64,000 bases of DNA from Candidatus Brocadiia bacterium (lineage in GTDB: Bacteria; Planctomycetota; PUPC01; DSUN01). The translations under genes were made by a program, and so were the position numbers. Within the stretch, counting starts at the first letter, position 1, and each line of letters begins with the position of its first letter. Positions 35,344 to 44,420 of the stretch are shown piece after piece. The notes beneath the pieces are model-generated. The model was not told the origin of the DNA and made no database searches. It saw only the letters and a program-made list of their open reading frames with translations. Where the stretch lies: contig JBKHIY010000003.1 of NCBI GenBank assembly GCA_046538415.1, positions 4,143 to 68,142 on the forward strand. Reading direction: 5' to 3'.

Positions 35344-37423
35344 GAAGCTCTCCGGACTGCTCAAGAAGGACGACCGCGTGGCGGTGAGCAACATCACCGG
35401 GCGCGAGGCCTCCAAGGTCACCGCCGTCTCCCAGCGCTACTGCGGCAACATCGTGGGCGGATGGGCCCTGGGCAAGAAGGGGCAGACTATCGAGGTGCCG
35501 GGCAAGGAGCCCGTGCCCGTGTTCCCCACCTGCCGCGACCTTTACGCCCGCCTGCCCAAGGGCGAGCATCCCAACAAGGTGGTCATCTACTCCCCGCCCG
35601 AGGCCGTCTACGGCGAGGTCAAGGAGGCCATCCAGCACGGCGGCAAGCGCCTTCAGACCCTGTTCATCATCACCGAAAACGTCTCCATCGAGGTGACCGC
35701 CAAGATCCAAAAGATCGCCCACGAGGCCAACGTCGACGTGGTGGGCTGCAACACCCTGGGGGTGGTCAACGCCCACGAGCAGGTGCGCGTGGGAGCCGTG
35801 GGCGGCGAGGACCCCGAGGAGACCTTCAAGCCCGGCAGCGCCACCATCATCTCCAACTCGGGCAACATGGTGAACACCATGGCCAGCTACATGCTGGCCG
35901 CGGGCATCGGCGCCCACTTCGGGATCTCCACGGGCAAGGACGTCCTGATCCTCACCCCCCTGGTGGAGTTCCTCAAGCTCGCCTCCCGCAGCGAGGGGAC
36001 CCGCCTGGTGGTCCTCTACGTCGAGCCGGGGGGCCTCTACGAGCACCACGCCATCGAGTGGATGCGGCGGACCGGCTTCGACAAGCCGGTCCTCGTCTAC
36101 GTGGCGGGCAGCCTGATGGAGGGCCGGCGGGTGTCGCTGGGCCACGCGGGGGCGGTGGTGGAGGGCCGGGGCACCAGCGCCAGCGGGAAGATGGCCGCCT
36201 TCGACGACTACTTCGGCCTGGGGCCCTTCGACCCCGACGAGCCGCCCGGCGAGGACGCGGCGGAGAAGCTGCGGCGAGGCATCCGCGTGACCACGCTCCA
36301 CCATCTGCCCGCCGCCGCCATGGCCATCTACGAGGCGCTGGGCTGGGAGCGCGACTTCCCCGTCCGCCACCAGTTGCGGCTCAACCCCTGGTTCCTCAAC
36401 TACCGCTACCTGCGCGACGAGCTTCCCGGGCCGCTGCTGCTGCGCGAGGGCCAGATCCCGGAGCCCTACCGCTCCCAGTTCGCCCAGCGGATGAAGGTTA
36501 CGGTGGGCCTCCTGGCCTCGCGCCGCGACATGCGCCACGCCTCCCACGCCTCGTCGCTGGACGCGGCGGGGCAGCGCGTCTACGGCTACCCCCTCACCGA
36601 GCTGATGGCCAGCCGCTCGTTCGGCGAGGCGGTGATCCTCTACTGGACGGGCGAGCTGCCGCGCCACGACTTCGAGCCGCGGCTGGTGGAGATGTGCCTC
36701 ACCGCCTCGCTGACCAACGGCCCGGGCACCATCTCCGCCCAGGGAGCCAAGCTCTCCGCCTCGGCGGGCAACGCGCCCAACACCGGGATGATCGCCACAC
36801 TGGCCTCCATCGGCACCGTGCACGGGGGAAACGGCCGCCAGGGAGTGCGATACCTCCTGAGCATCTTCCGGGACCGCGACCTTGCCGACCCCTACGACCC
36901 CGACCCGCCCTTCGACCTCGCCGAGCTGGCCCGCCAGACGGCCGACGAATTCAAGGAGGCCAAGGACGCGGCCAAGGAATCGGGGGTGGAGTACGAGCGC
37001 ATCCCCTGCCTCGGCCACCCCATCTTCAACGACAAGGCGGTCAACTACGACCCCCGGGAGCGGGTCATCGCCCAGGCCCTCCGCGACGCGGGCCGCAGAA
37101 ACGTGTTCCTCGACTTCTACCACCACCTGGCCCACGCCCTCTACGAGGTGGGCGTGGCGCGCCGCGTGTGGGCGGTGAACATGGACGCGGCCCTGGCTTC
37201 GGTGTGGCTGGGGATCTGCTGGGAGGCCCTGATGGACAAGCGGATCACCCTTCGGCGGGTGGAGGATTGCGCCTTCCTGGGCTTCGCTCTGGGGCGGGCC
37301 GCGGGGGGAGCCGCCGAGTTCCTCGACCACCAGGACCACGGCACGCCGATGGACATGCGGGTGCCCACCTCGGAGTGCCGCTCCCTGACCCGCCCTCGCG
37401 ACCTTCCGCCACGTCCGCAATAG
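35333..37423 (+). CDS. aclA: ATP-citrate lyase alpha subunit-like (CoA-binding, CoA-ligase and citryl-CoA lyase domains)
   Basis: VGCNTLG, SNSGNM, phospho-His motif GHAGA, then citrate-synthase-like C-terminal domain HGG, LGHP, DPRE, NMDAA, LGRAAG. Overlaps the aclB stop. Confidence 0.78.
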   Translation: MRARKLSGLLKKDDRVAVSNITGREASKVTAVSQRYCGNIVGGWALGKKGQTIEVPGKEPVPVFPTCRDLYARLPKGEHPNKVVIYSPPEAVYGEVKEAIQHGGKRLQTLFIITENVSIEVTAKIQKIAHEANVDVVGCNTLGVVNAHEQVRVGAVGGEDPEETFKPGSATIISNSGNMVNTMASYMLAAGIGAHFGISTGKDVLILTPLVEFLKLASRSEGTRLVVLYVEPGGLYEHHAIEWMRRTGFDKPVLVYVAGSLMEGRRVSLGHAGAVVEGRGTSASGKMAAFDDYFGLGPFDPDEPPGEDAAEKLRRGIRVTTLHHLPAAAMAIYEALGWERDFPVRHQLRLNPWFLNYRYLRDELPGPLLLREGQIPEPYRSQFAQRMKVTVGLLASRRDMRHASHASSLDAAGQRVYGYPLTELMASRSFGEAVILYWTGELPRHDFEPRLVEMCLTASLTNGPGTISAQGAKLSASAGNAPNTGMIATLASIGTVHGGNGRQGVRYLLSIFRDRDLADPYDPDPPFDLAELARQTADEFKEAKDAAKESGVEYERIPCLGHPIFNDKAVNYDPRERVIAQALRDAGRRNVFLDFYHHLAHALYEVGVARRVWAVNMDAALASVWLGICWEALMDKRITLRRVEDCAFLGFALGRAAGGAAEFLDHQDHGTPMDMRVPTSECRSLTRPRDLPPRPQ

Positions 37424-37444
37424 GAGACCGGGCCGGAGGGAGGG

Positions 37445-38923
37445 TCAGTCGAGGAGGATGCTGAATCTCTTTCGGATTTCGCGGTCCAGGTCCTGGGGCA
37501 GCGGCTCGCGGGGCGCGGCGGAGGGGCCGTTGCTGAGGATGTCGCGCACCCTCTCCCGGGCCTTCTCGTTGATGCCCTCCATGCCCAGGCTCTCCCAGGT
37601 CTCGCGGTCGCTGCGGTCGGCCAGCATGGGCTCCAGGTACTCGGTGCGCACGAAGCGCACGGTGTGCTCGGAGGCCAGGTAGTTGCCCTGGGGGGCCATC
37701 TCCTCGATGACGTCGTAGGCCAGGGTATCCTCGTCGACCTCGATGCCCCGGACGGCGCGGAGGGCCATCCCCAGGATCTCGTTGTCGATCACCAGCTGCT
37801 CGTAGTTGATGGTGAGCAGGGACTCGAGCATGCCGGCGGCGTGGTGGATGATGTTCGAGCCGGACAGGGCGCACTGGAGGATGGCGAAGCACTTCTCGTA
37901 GACGGCCTGGATGTCGGGGATCTTGGCCTCGGTGATCCCCGCCGAGTTGTAGTTGGGCACGCGGATGTACTGGGATAGCTGGGCGATGGCCGCGTTCATC
38001 ATCCCGAACTCCACCCCGCCCCCGACGTAGCGCAGGCGCCGCATGTCGGCCATGGACGGAATGCCCCCGTAGATCACCGGCGCCCCGGGGCGGACCATCT
38101 GGGTGAAGACCACCCCCGCCAGCTCCTCGGCGTGGAGCTGGACGAGCGTGCCCGCCAGGGTCACCGGCGAGGTGGCGCCGGCCATGGGCGCCGAGGAGAG
38201 GGCCACCGGCACGCCGCTGCGCACCACCTCCAGAAGGGTGCGGGTGCCGTCGGGGTCGAAGTTCAGGGGGCTGTTCATCCAGCTCACGATGACGGTGAAC
38301 AGGGGGCCTGCCTGGAAGGCCTCTTTCGAACCGGCGAGCAGGCCGCCCAGTTCCACCACGTTCTTCGCCCCCTCGGGGGTATAGGCGGCGCCCATCACGT
38401 GCTTCGTGGTGTTGGCCAGGGAGGCGTAGAACTCGTTGACCGCCCGGTCCTCGTCGGGCACGTCCTGGGCGGAGCAGGGCCGGACGAAGAAGTGGACGTT
38501 GGGGAGGGCCTCCACCAGCCGGGCCATGTCGGCGATGTCCTGCAAGCGGCTGGCTCGGACCTTCTGGGTTTCGAGGTCCTCGACTTTCACGGCGGCGCCG
38601 CCGGTGCCGAAGTGGGTGCGCCGGCCGCCGGCGTCCAGGTGGTGCTCGGCCTTCCTCCCGCAGAGGGTCACGCTGGAGGGGGCCATTCGCAGGGCCTTCT
38701 CCACGATCCCCGACTTCATCCTCACCCGCCCGTCGGCGGGGTCCACCCGGGCTCCCTTGGCGGCGAGGATTTCCCGGGCCTCCTCGAGGTCCACGCGCAC
38801 CCCCACCTGGTCGAGCACCCGCAGGGAGGTTTCGTGGATGCGGCCGATGTGGTCGCGGCTCAGGGGGCGGTACTGGCCTCCGACGAGGCCCTTGCCCGGG
38901 CCGTTGGCGTCTTGGGCGGCCAT
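37445..38923 (-). CDS. MttB superfamily methyltransferase, non-pyrrolysine, copy 3
   Basis: GGQYRPLS, IHETSLRVLDQVG, FGTGG, TTKHVMG, AGATSPVTLAG, EAKIPDIQAVYE, HHAAGMLE. No in-frame TAG. Confidence 0.92.
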   Translation of the reverse strand: MAAQDANGPGKGLVGGQYRPLSRDHIGRIHETSLRVLDQVGVRVDLEEAREILAAKGARVDPADGRVRMKSGIVEKALRMAPSSVTLCGRKAEHHLDAGGRRTHFGTGGAAVKVEDLETQKVRASRLQDIADMARLVEALPNVHFFVRPCSAQDVPDEDRAVNEFYASLANTTKHVMGAAYTPEGAKNVVELGGLLAGSKEAFQAGPLFTVIVSWMNSPLNFDPDGTRTLLEVVRSGVPVALSSAPMAGATSPVTLAGTLVQLHAEELAGVVFTQMVRPGAPVIYGGIPSMADMRRLRYVGGGVEFGMMNAAIAQLSQYIRVPNYNSAGITEAKIPDIQAVYEKCFAILQCALSGSNIIHHAAGMLESLLTINYEQLVIDNEILGMALRAVRGIEVDEDTLAYDVIEEMAPQGNYLASEHTVRFVRTEYLEPMLADRSDRETWESLGMEGINEKARERVRDILSNGPSAAPREPLPQDLDREIRKRFSILLD

Positions 38924-38976
38924 GGGGGATGCCTCTCAGGGGGAAGGGAGGGGAGGAGGGTGGCGGGAGCTGGGGG

Positions 38977-40059
38977 TCACAGCGAGACGACGGCCCGGGT
39001 GATGCCTCCTTGCTGCTGCCACTGCTGGATGACGTCGTTGACTTCTTCGAGGGAGATGAGCCTGGAGATGAGCTTCACCAGGTCGAGGCGTCGCCTTCCC
39101 CCGACCAGGGCCATCAGCTTGTGGATTTCGTCGGGGAGGTTGCCGCAGCTCCCGGTGAAGCGCTTCTCGAACACCCCCACTTCGTCGTGGGGCTGGATCT
39201 TGATGGGGCGGTCGTAGGTGGCGACGACGATGAGCTGGCCCCCGGGGCAGGTGCTCTGGAGGGTGACGATGGTCTCGTTGGAGCCCGTGTCGGTGACCCC
39301 CGCGGTGTCGAAGACCACGTCGGCGCCTTCCCCGCCGGTGACCTCCTTGATCTCCTCCACGGGGTCGTCGCGGGTGCTGTTGATGGTCACGTCGGCGCCC
39401 AGCTCGCGGGCCAGGAGGAGGAGCTTGTCGCTTCGGTCCACGGCGATGATGGGGTAGGCTCCGGAGACCTCGCGAGCGAGGTGCAGGAGGCTCATCCCCA
39501 CGCCGCCCGTGCCCCACACCACGATGCTGTCGCCCACGGCGATGCGGGCGATGCGCAGGGCGTGGTAGGCGGTGGCCACGGCGCAGCCCAGGATGGCTCC
39601 CTCGGGGAAAGTGACGTTGGTCGACATGGGGATCATGTTCCGGGCCGGCACCTTGACGTATTCGGCGAGGCCGCCGTCGACGTCGCGGCCGAACATCAGC
39701 TGGTTGTGGCAGAAGTTGTAGCGCTCCCTCAGGCAGGCCCGGCATTCGCCACAGTAGATCACGTTGTGGACGGCCACCCGGTCGCCGGGCTTGAACACCG
39801 GGAGCTGGAGGCGCCCGCTGCTCACGGAGCGGCCCACGGCCTCCACCACGCCGGAGATCTCGTGGCCCAGGGTGATGGGCAGGCGGCTGACCTTGGCCGT
39901 GCCTCGCAGGTGGTGGAGGTCGGTGCCGCAGATACCGCAGGCCCGCACCTTGACCACGGCCTGGTTGTCGTCCTTCTCGTCGTTGTCGTCGATCTCCGGC
40001 GCGGGGATGTCCTGGAGCTCCATGGGCCGGCCGATTTCCACCATCCTGAGCGCTTTCAT
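38977..40059 (-). CDS. Zinc-dependent alcohol dehydrogenase (MDR family)
   Basis: CGICGTDLH, LGHE, CGECRAC...C, LGCAVAT, GTGGVG. Start MKALRM at 40059. Confidence 0.92.
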   Translation of the reverse strand: MKALRMVEIGRPMELQDIPAPEIDDNDEKDDNQAVVKVRACGICGTDLHHLRGTAKVSRLPITLGHEISGVVEAVGRSVSSGRLQLPVFKPGDRVAVHNVIYCGECRACLRERYNFCHNQLMFGRDVDGGLAEYVKVPARNMIPMSTNVTFPEGAILGCAVATAYHALRIARIAVGDSIVVWGTGGVGMSLLHLAREVSGAYPIIAVDRSDKLLLLARELGADVTINSTRDDPVEEIKEVTGGEGADVVFDTAGVTDTGSNETIVTLQSTCPGGQLIVVATYDRPIKIQPHDEVGVFEKRFTGSCGNLPDEIHKLMALVGGRRRLDLVKLISRLISLEEVNDVIQQWQQQGGITRAVVSL

Positions 40060-40262
40060 CGCCTCTCTCCCGCCGGTGCGCAGGCTGGACAGGTTGGCCC
40101 GAGGCCGGGTTCGCCTACGGGGAAGTTGTCGTTGGGGGGATGCTGGGAGCAAGTACGGGGACGAGGCAGGAGCCCGGCTTCCCGTCGCAGCGGCCATCCC
40201 TCGCAGGCGCACCGTTGCCAAACAGCAGGGCTGCCGCGTGCCCTTCGGCCAACTCCCTGGGG

Positions 40263-40291
40263 AATATACTCGGACGGTGGCGCGTTTTCAA
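40263..40291 (-). promoter_or_regulatory. Sigma70-type promoter for ADH-mttB, giving a leader of about 200 nt
   Basis: Minus strand TTGAAA, 17 nt spacer, TATATT, within an AT-rich patch (40260-40312). Confidence 0.6.
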
Positions 40292-40328
40292 GTTCTTGTC
40301 AGAAAAAAGTTTACCCCGTGCGGGCCTC

Positions 40329-42170
40329 TCACCGGGCATCGAGGCCCAGCTCCTGGAGCTTGGCTGGCGTAGGCAGCCCCCGCTCGTCCCATCCTCGGCA
40401 GGGGTAGTACTCCCTGAGCATCCGCTCCAGGTCGGGCAGGCAGCCGGCGGCCCCTCCCGTCTCGCGGGGGAGGGTGCGCAGGCGGGCCGGGAGGGTATCG
40501 TCGGCCCGGCTCACGCCCAAGCTCGCGTTGTAGAGGCGCTTGAGGTTGAACGCCCGCTCGCCGGCCCGCATCAGCTCGCCGAGATCGATGTCCCACCCGG
40601 TCACCGCGTTGAGCAGCTCGAGCAGGTGATGGGGCTGGACGCCGCCGTAAAGCGAGAACTTGCAAATCTTTAGGGCATCGAACAGGCACATGAGGTCCTG
40701 GAGGCTGGCCACCATCGCCGCCTTGCCCTCCTCGGTATGGGGCGGGGGGCAGCGGTGATAGCCCAGTTCGGGCAGGTTGATCCAGCCTTCGAGCGGGTGG
40801 GAGAAGGCCTGGAGGTGGCAGGCGCCGCGGTTCGAGGTGGCGTAGCCCAGGGCGAGGCTGAAGAAGGCCCGGGGGTCGTGGGCGGGAAGCTCCATCCCCT
40901 TGACCTCCATGGCGAACTGGCGGGCCTCGCCGCCCAGCCGCTCGGCGGCCCGGCGGACCCCCTCGCCGAGCAGTCGCCCCAGGCCTCGCCGCTGGCCGAT
41001 CCGCCGTACCAGCTCGACCAGGGCCTCCGCGTTGCCCCACCTGAGGTCCAGCCCGTCGGCGTCGCCGGGCGAGAGCAGCCCCCGCTCCGCGGCCTCCATG
41101 GCGAAGGCCACCGCCGAGCCCGCGGATATGGTGTCCATGCCATACTGATTGCACAACTGGTTGGCCATCTCGACCGCTCCCAGGTCGTCCACCAGGCACA
41201 GCGAGCCCAGGGTGCCCACGCTCTCGTACTCCGCGGCCGCACCGTCCACCCCCTGGTAAGGCCCTTCGGTGATCTTGACGGACTTCCCGCAGGCGATGGG
41301 GCAAGTCTTGCACGCGTAGTTCCCGGCGAACAGGGTACGCCGCATCCTGATGCCCGACAGGCGCGTGGCCCCTTGGGGCCATGCGGAGCCCCGCCAGTTT
41401 TTCAGCGGCAGGTCGCCCAGCTCGTCGAGGAGCTCGGTGGAGCCGCTGGTGCCGAACTCGGTGAGGAAACGGGTCTGGAGCCTGATGGCCGGGCTGAGGG
41501 CCTTGGCGGCCGCCTCGAGCGCCTCGGGCCGGGCCACGGGGGTCTTCTGGCTGCCGTGGACGACGACGGCCTTGAGCCTCTTGGCGCCCATCACGGCGCC
41601 CAGGCCGCCCCGGCCGCCCGCCCGCGCCCGCTTGCCGCCGTGCATCACGGAGGCGTAGCGCACCAGGGCCTCGCCCGCCGGCCCGATGCAAGCCACGGAG
41701 GCCTTCTCGGAGGTCTGGTCCTTGAGAGCGGGGGCCGCGGCGTAGGTGTCGGTGCCCCACAGGGCCTCGGCGTCGCGGGCCTCCGCCTCGCCGTCGTGGA
41801 CCCAGAGGTAAACGGGGCTGGCGGCCTGGCCGACAACGATCAGCCCGTCGTAGCCGGCCTTCTTGAGGCCCGTGCCCCAGGCCCCGCCGACGTCGGCCTC
41901 GCCCCAGATGCCCGTGAGGGGCGAGCGGCTGACGATGGCGTGGCGGCTGCTGGTGGGGATGCGGGTGCCCGTGAAGGGGCCGGTGAGGAAGATCAGCGGG
42001 TTGGCGGGCGAGAGGGGCTCCGGCCGGTCGGGGGCCCGCTGGTGGAGGAGCCACGCTCCGAGGCCGCTGCCCCCGATGAAGCGCCGCGCCGCCGCCTCGT
42101 CCAGGGGCACGTCGGCGGTCGTGCCGGCGGTGAGATCGACCTCCAGGAGCTTCCCGGCGTAGCCGTGCAT
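40329..42170 (-). CDS. aor: Aldehyde:ferredoxin oxidoreductase (tungstopterin, AOR family)
   Basis: GYAGKLLEVDLT, SPLTG, CIGPAGE, AGRGGLGAVMGAKRLKA, C..CPIAC, EYE, GMDTIS, NRGACH. Confidence 0.92.
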   Translation of the reverse strand: MHGYAGKLLEVDLTAGTTADVPLDEAAARRFIGGSGLGAWLLHQRAPDRPEPLSPANPLIFLTGPFTGTRIPTSSRHAIVSRSPLTGIWGEADVGGAWGTGLKKAGYDGLIVVGQAASPVYLWVHDGEAEARDAEALWGTDTYAAAPALKDQTSEKASVACIGPAGEALVRYASVMHGGKRARAGGRGGLGAVMGAKRLKAVVVHGSQKTPVARPEALEAAAKALSPAIRLQTRFLTEFGTSGSTELLDELGDLPLKNWRGSAWPQGATRLSGIRMRRTLFAGNYACKTCPIACGKSVKITEGPYQGVDGAAAEYESVGTLGSLCLVDDLGAVEMANQLCNQYGMDTISAGSAVAFAMEAAERGLLSPGDADGLDLRWGNAEALVELVRRIGQRRGLGRLLGEGVRRAAERLGGEARQFAMEVKGMELPAHDPRAFFSLALGYATSNRGACHLQAFSHPLEGWINLPELGYHRCPPPHTEEGKAAMVASLQDLMCLFDALKICKFSLYGGVQPHHLLELLNAVTGWDIDLGELMRAGERAFNLKRLYNASLGVSRADDTLPARLRTLPRETGGAAGCLPDLERMLREYYPCRGWDERGLPTPAKLQELGLDAR

Positions 42171-42228
42171 CGGTGGTGCCTCTCTCGGTGAGTGTGCTCG
42201 TGTGTCGTGCCCGCGGCGCGGAGGCGGC

Positions 42229-43611
42229 TCAGTCGCCGGCCCGCAGGATGCGCAGCGCAGTGTCCTGGGCGTAGGGCGGGGAATCGAGCCGTCGCTCGCC
42301 GCCGGGGTGGCGGAAGGTCTCCGACCTGTCGACCTCGCCGGTCCGGGTGTTCACCCACTCGGCCTCGTAGGCTCCTGCGGGCAGCTCGATGCGGAGGCTG
42401 GCCTCCCGCCCCCCGCGCAGGTAGAGGGCGTATTGCTTCCCCGGCTCGGCCAGGACCCGCGCGGTGGCCTTCTCGGGCACGCCGCCCTTGACGATCTCGT
42501 CGTGGGGGGCCATCCGCACGAAGTCGAAGCCCTCGATGAACCGCTTGAGGATAGCCAGCTGCCGGCGCAGCGTGCGGCCCCCGCCGCCGGGGGCCCGGGG
42601 CTTGGCCGAGCCGTCCTCGTGGTCGGGGGTGAAGGAGTAGTCGAGATTGCTGTAGATGGCGCCGCCGGCGACGAGGAAGTCCCAGCCCTCGGCGCGGTAG
42701 ATGAAGTCGCTGTGGCCCTTGAAGCCCGTTTCGTCGTCGGCGATGACCTTCTCCAGGCCGTAGTTCATGGCCACGGTGTCGGGCGGGGTGGCGTAGTGGA
42801 AGTTGAAGATGGAGACGGCGGGATGGGGGTTGCGGACCTTCTTCTTGCCGTTGGCGATGTTCTGGGCGATGAGGTGCTTGTGGGGGAAGCTCTTCTCGGC
42901 GTCCACGATGGCGTCGATGATGCGATGCTGCCAGCGGAGGCTCACGCCGCCGAAGTAGGGCTCGTTGCACACCTCGTAGGTGAGGTTGTCGACGTCGCGG
43001 AGCTCGGCCACCACCTTGCGCACCAGGGCCTCGTGGGCCGCGAGCAGCTTCTTGTGCTTGAGGGTATAGACCTCGGTGCGGGGGCAGGCGCCGATGCCGT
43101 TGACGTTGTTGGCCGCGTTCATGGGGCTCAGTCGCCACATCTCGTCCTTGTAGAAGGGGCAGAAGAGGACGAACTCGACGACGATGCCCCGACGCCCGGC
43201 CTGGGCGAGAAAGTCCTTCAGACGCTCGAAGTAGGCCTCGTCGTAGCGGGTGAGGTCGAACTTGTTGCCTCCGTTGGCGTAGCCCGGCTGGTCGCTGCGG
43301 GCCCAGGGGCAGACGAGCCGGCCGGACTTGGGAGCCAGGGGATTGCCCTTGATGCCGAAGGACTTGGCGGATTCGCAATACACGCCGCTGAAGGTGCGCG
43401 TGAGGTTCAGCCCGTGGGCCTGGAGCTCGTCGAGGTAGGGCAGGTAGTCGAAATCGAGGTTCAGCACGGCCCCGTAGTGCTCGCCCGAGGTGACCAGCAC
43501 GGTGGGCTTGCCCCGCCAGGCCAGGTAGTGGGGGTTCTGCGGGTGGAGGGCGATGGGCGCCGCCCCCTCGGCCTGCGACGCGGCGAGCAGGGCCAGGAGC
43601 AGGGGACTCAT
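42229..43611 (-). CDS. Exported glycoside hydrolase-like protein (clan GH-A TIM barrel) with C-terminal beta domain
   Basis: Signal peptide. FDLTRYDEAYFERL, GIVVEFVLF, YEVCNEP (acid/base-like), DDETG (nucleophile-like), W.NTRTG tail. Confidence 0.65.
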   Translation of the reverse strand: MSPLLLALLAASQAEGAAPIALHPQNPHYLAWRGKPTVLVTSGEHYGAVLNLDFDYLPYLDELQAHGLNLTRTFSGVYCESAKSFGIKGNPLAPKSGRLVCPWARSDQPGYANGGNKFDLTRYDEAYFERLKDFLAQAGRRGIVVEFVLFCPFYKDEMWRLSPMNAANNVNGIGACPRTEVYTLKHKKLLAAHEALVRKVVAELRDVDNLTYEVCNEPYFGGVSLRWQHRIIDAIVDAEKSFPHKHLIAQNIANGKKKVRNPHPAVSIFNFHYATPPDTVAMNYGLEKVIADDETGFKGHSDFIYRAEGWDFLVAGGAIYSNLDYSFTPDHEDGSAKPRAPGGGGRTLRRQLAILKRFIEGFDFVRMAPHDEIVKGGVPEKATARVLAEPGKQYALYLRGGREASLRIELPAGAYEAEWVNTRTGEVDRSETFRHPGGERRLDSPPYAQDTALRILRAGD

Positions 43612-43655
43612 GGGATTTCTCTCCTCGTCTCGGACCGGCTCTCGCGGCGGGCCGC

Positions 43656-44420
43656 CTACGGGGCCTCCCAGTAGCGCTGGCTGGCGATGGCCGCGAGGGC
43701 CTGGCTGGTGTAGGCGCCGCTCTTCCAGTTGCGCCGCAGGCGCGCCAGGGTGCCCAGCATGGCCCAGGAGTGGCGGAGGGGCCTCACCGTGGACTCCCCC
43801 TGGCGAAGCAGGCGCACGGGGATGCGGCGGATCTCGAGGTTGTACTTCAGCGCGATGTAGAGCAGCTCCACGTCGCCGCCGAACCCGCTGTCGGTGAGCA
43901 GGGGAAAAAGGGCCTCCGCCACGTCGGCACGAAAGCCCTTGAGCCCGCACTGCGAATCGGGCACGCCCCCCGTCACCAGCAGCCGCACGGCCTGGCGGAA
44001 CAGCCACATGGTGAGCCGCCGCAGGGCCGGCAGCTCCTCCCGGTAGCGCGAATCGGGCAGCGTGCGGTCGCCGATCACCAGGTGGAAGCCCCGCTCGTTC
44101 ACCAGGTGCTCGATGTAGGTGATGGCCGCGTGGTCGAAGGGCACGTCGGCGTCGGTGAACACCCGGCACGAGCCCCGCGCCGCCGCCATGCCGTCGCCCA
44201 GCGCGGCGAACTTCCCCCGGTTCTCCTCCGAGGCGACCACCCGCACCCGCTCCGAGGCCAGCTCCCGCATCACCGCCGCCGAGCCGTCCGTGCTTCCGTC
44301 GTCCGCCAGCACGATCTCGTAGGACAGCCCGCGGCCGTCGAGGAACTCCTGGAGCCCGCGCACGCTCTCCTCGATGAACGCCGCGGCGTTGTAGACGGGG
44401 ACCACCACCGAGAGGTTCAC
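43656..44420 (-). CDS. Glycosyltransferase family 2 (polyprenyl-phosphate sugar synthase-like)
   Basis: LSVVVPVYN, DDGSTDGS, NRGK, FTDAD, DSQCGLKGF, DVELL. GTG start overlaps the upstream stop. Confidence 0.9.
   Translation of the reverse strand: MNLSVVVPVYNAAAFIEESVRGLQEFLDGRGLSYEIVLADDGSTDGSAAVMRELASERVRVVASEENRGKFAALGDGMAAARGSCRVFTDADVPFDHAAITYIEHLVNERGFHLVIGDRTLPDSRYREELPALRRLTMWLFRQAVRLLVTGGVPDSQCGLKGFRADVAEALFPLLTDSGFGGDVELLYIALKYNLEIRRIPVRLLRQGESTVRPLRHSWAMLGTLARLRRNWKSGAYTSQALAAIASQRYWEAP

Noticed and set aside
34096-37423. Annotation as succinyl-CoA synthetase sucCD, or as proof of rTCA autotrophy
   Set aside because: The alpha subunit carries a fused citrate-synthase-like domain and the beta has an ANxT citrate-type loop, so it is not SucCD. 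Autotrophy cannot be claimed because no other rTCA genes are in the window.
18932-38923. Pyrrolysine recoding in the three mttB genes
   Set aside because: All three ORFs are uninterrupted. The position matching Pyl carries ordinary residues (AGTSD, AGVGD, AGITE), and no pyl genes are in the window.
40060-40262. Cobalamin riboswitch in the ADH-mttB leader (minus strand GGTGC...GGGAAGCCGG)
   Set aside because: The following conserved elements (GGTG.AA.TCC, CCC.C.ACTGT, and the B12 box AG.CAG.A.ACC) are missing.
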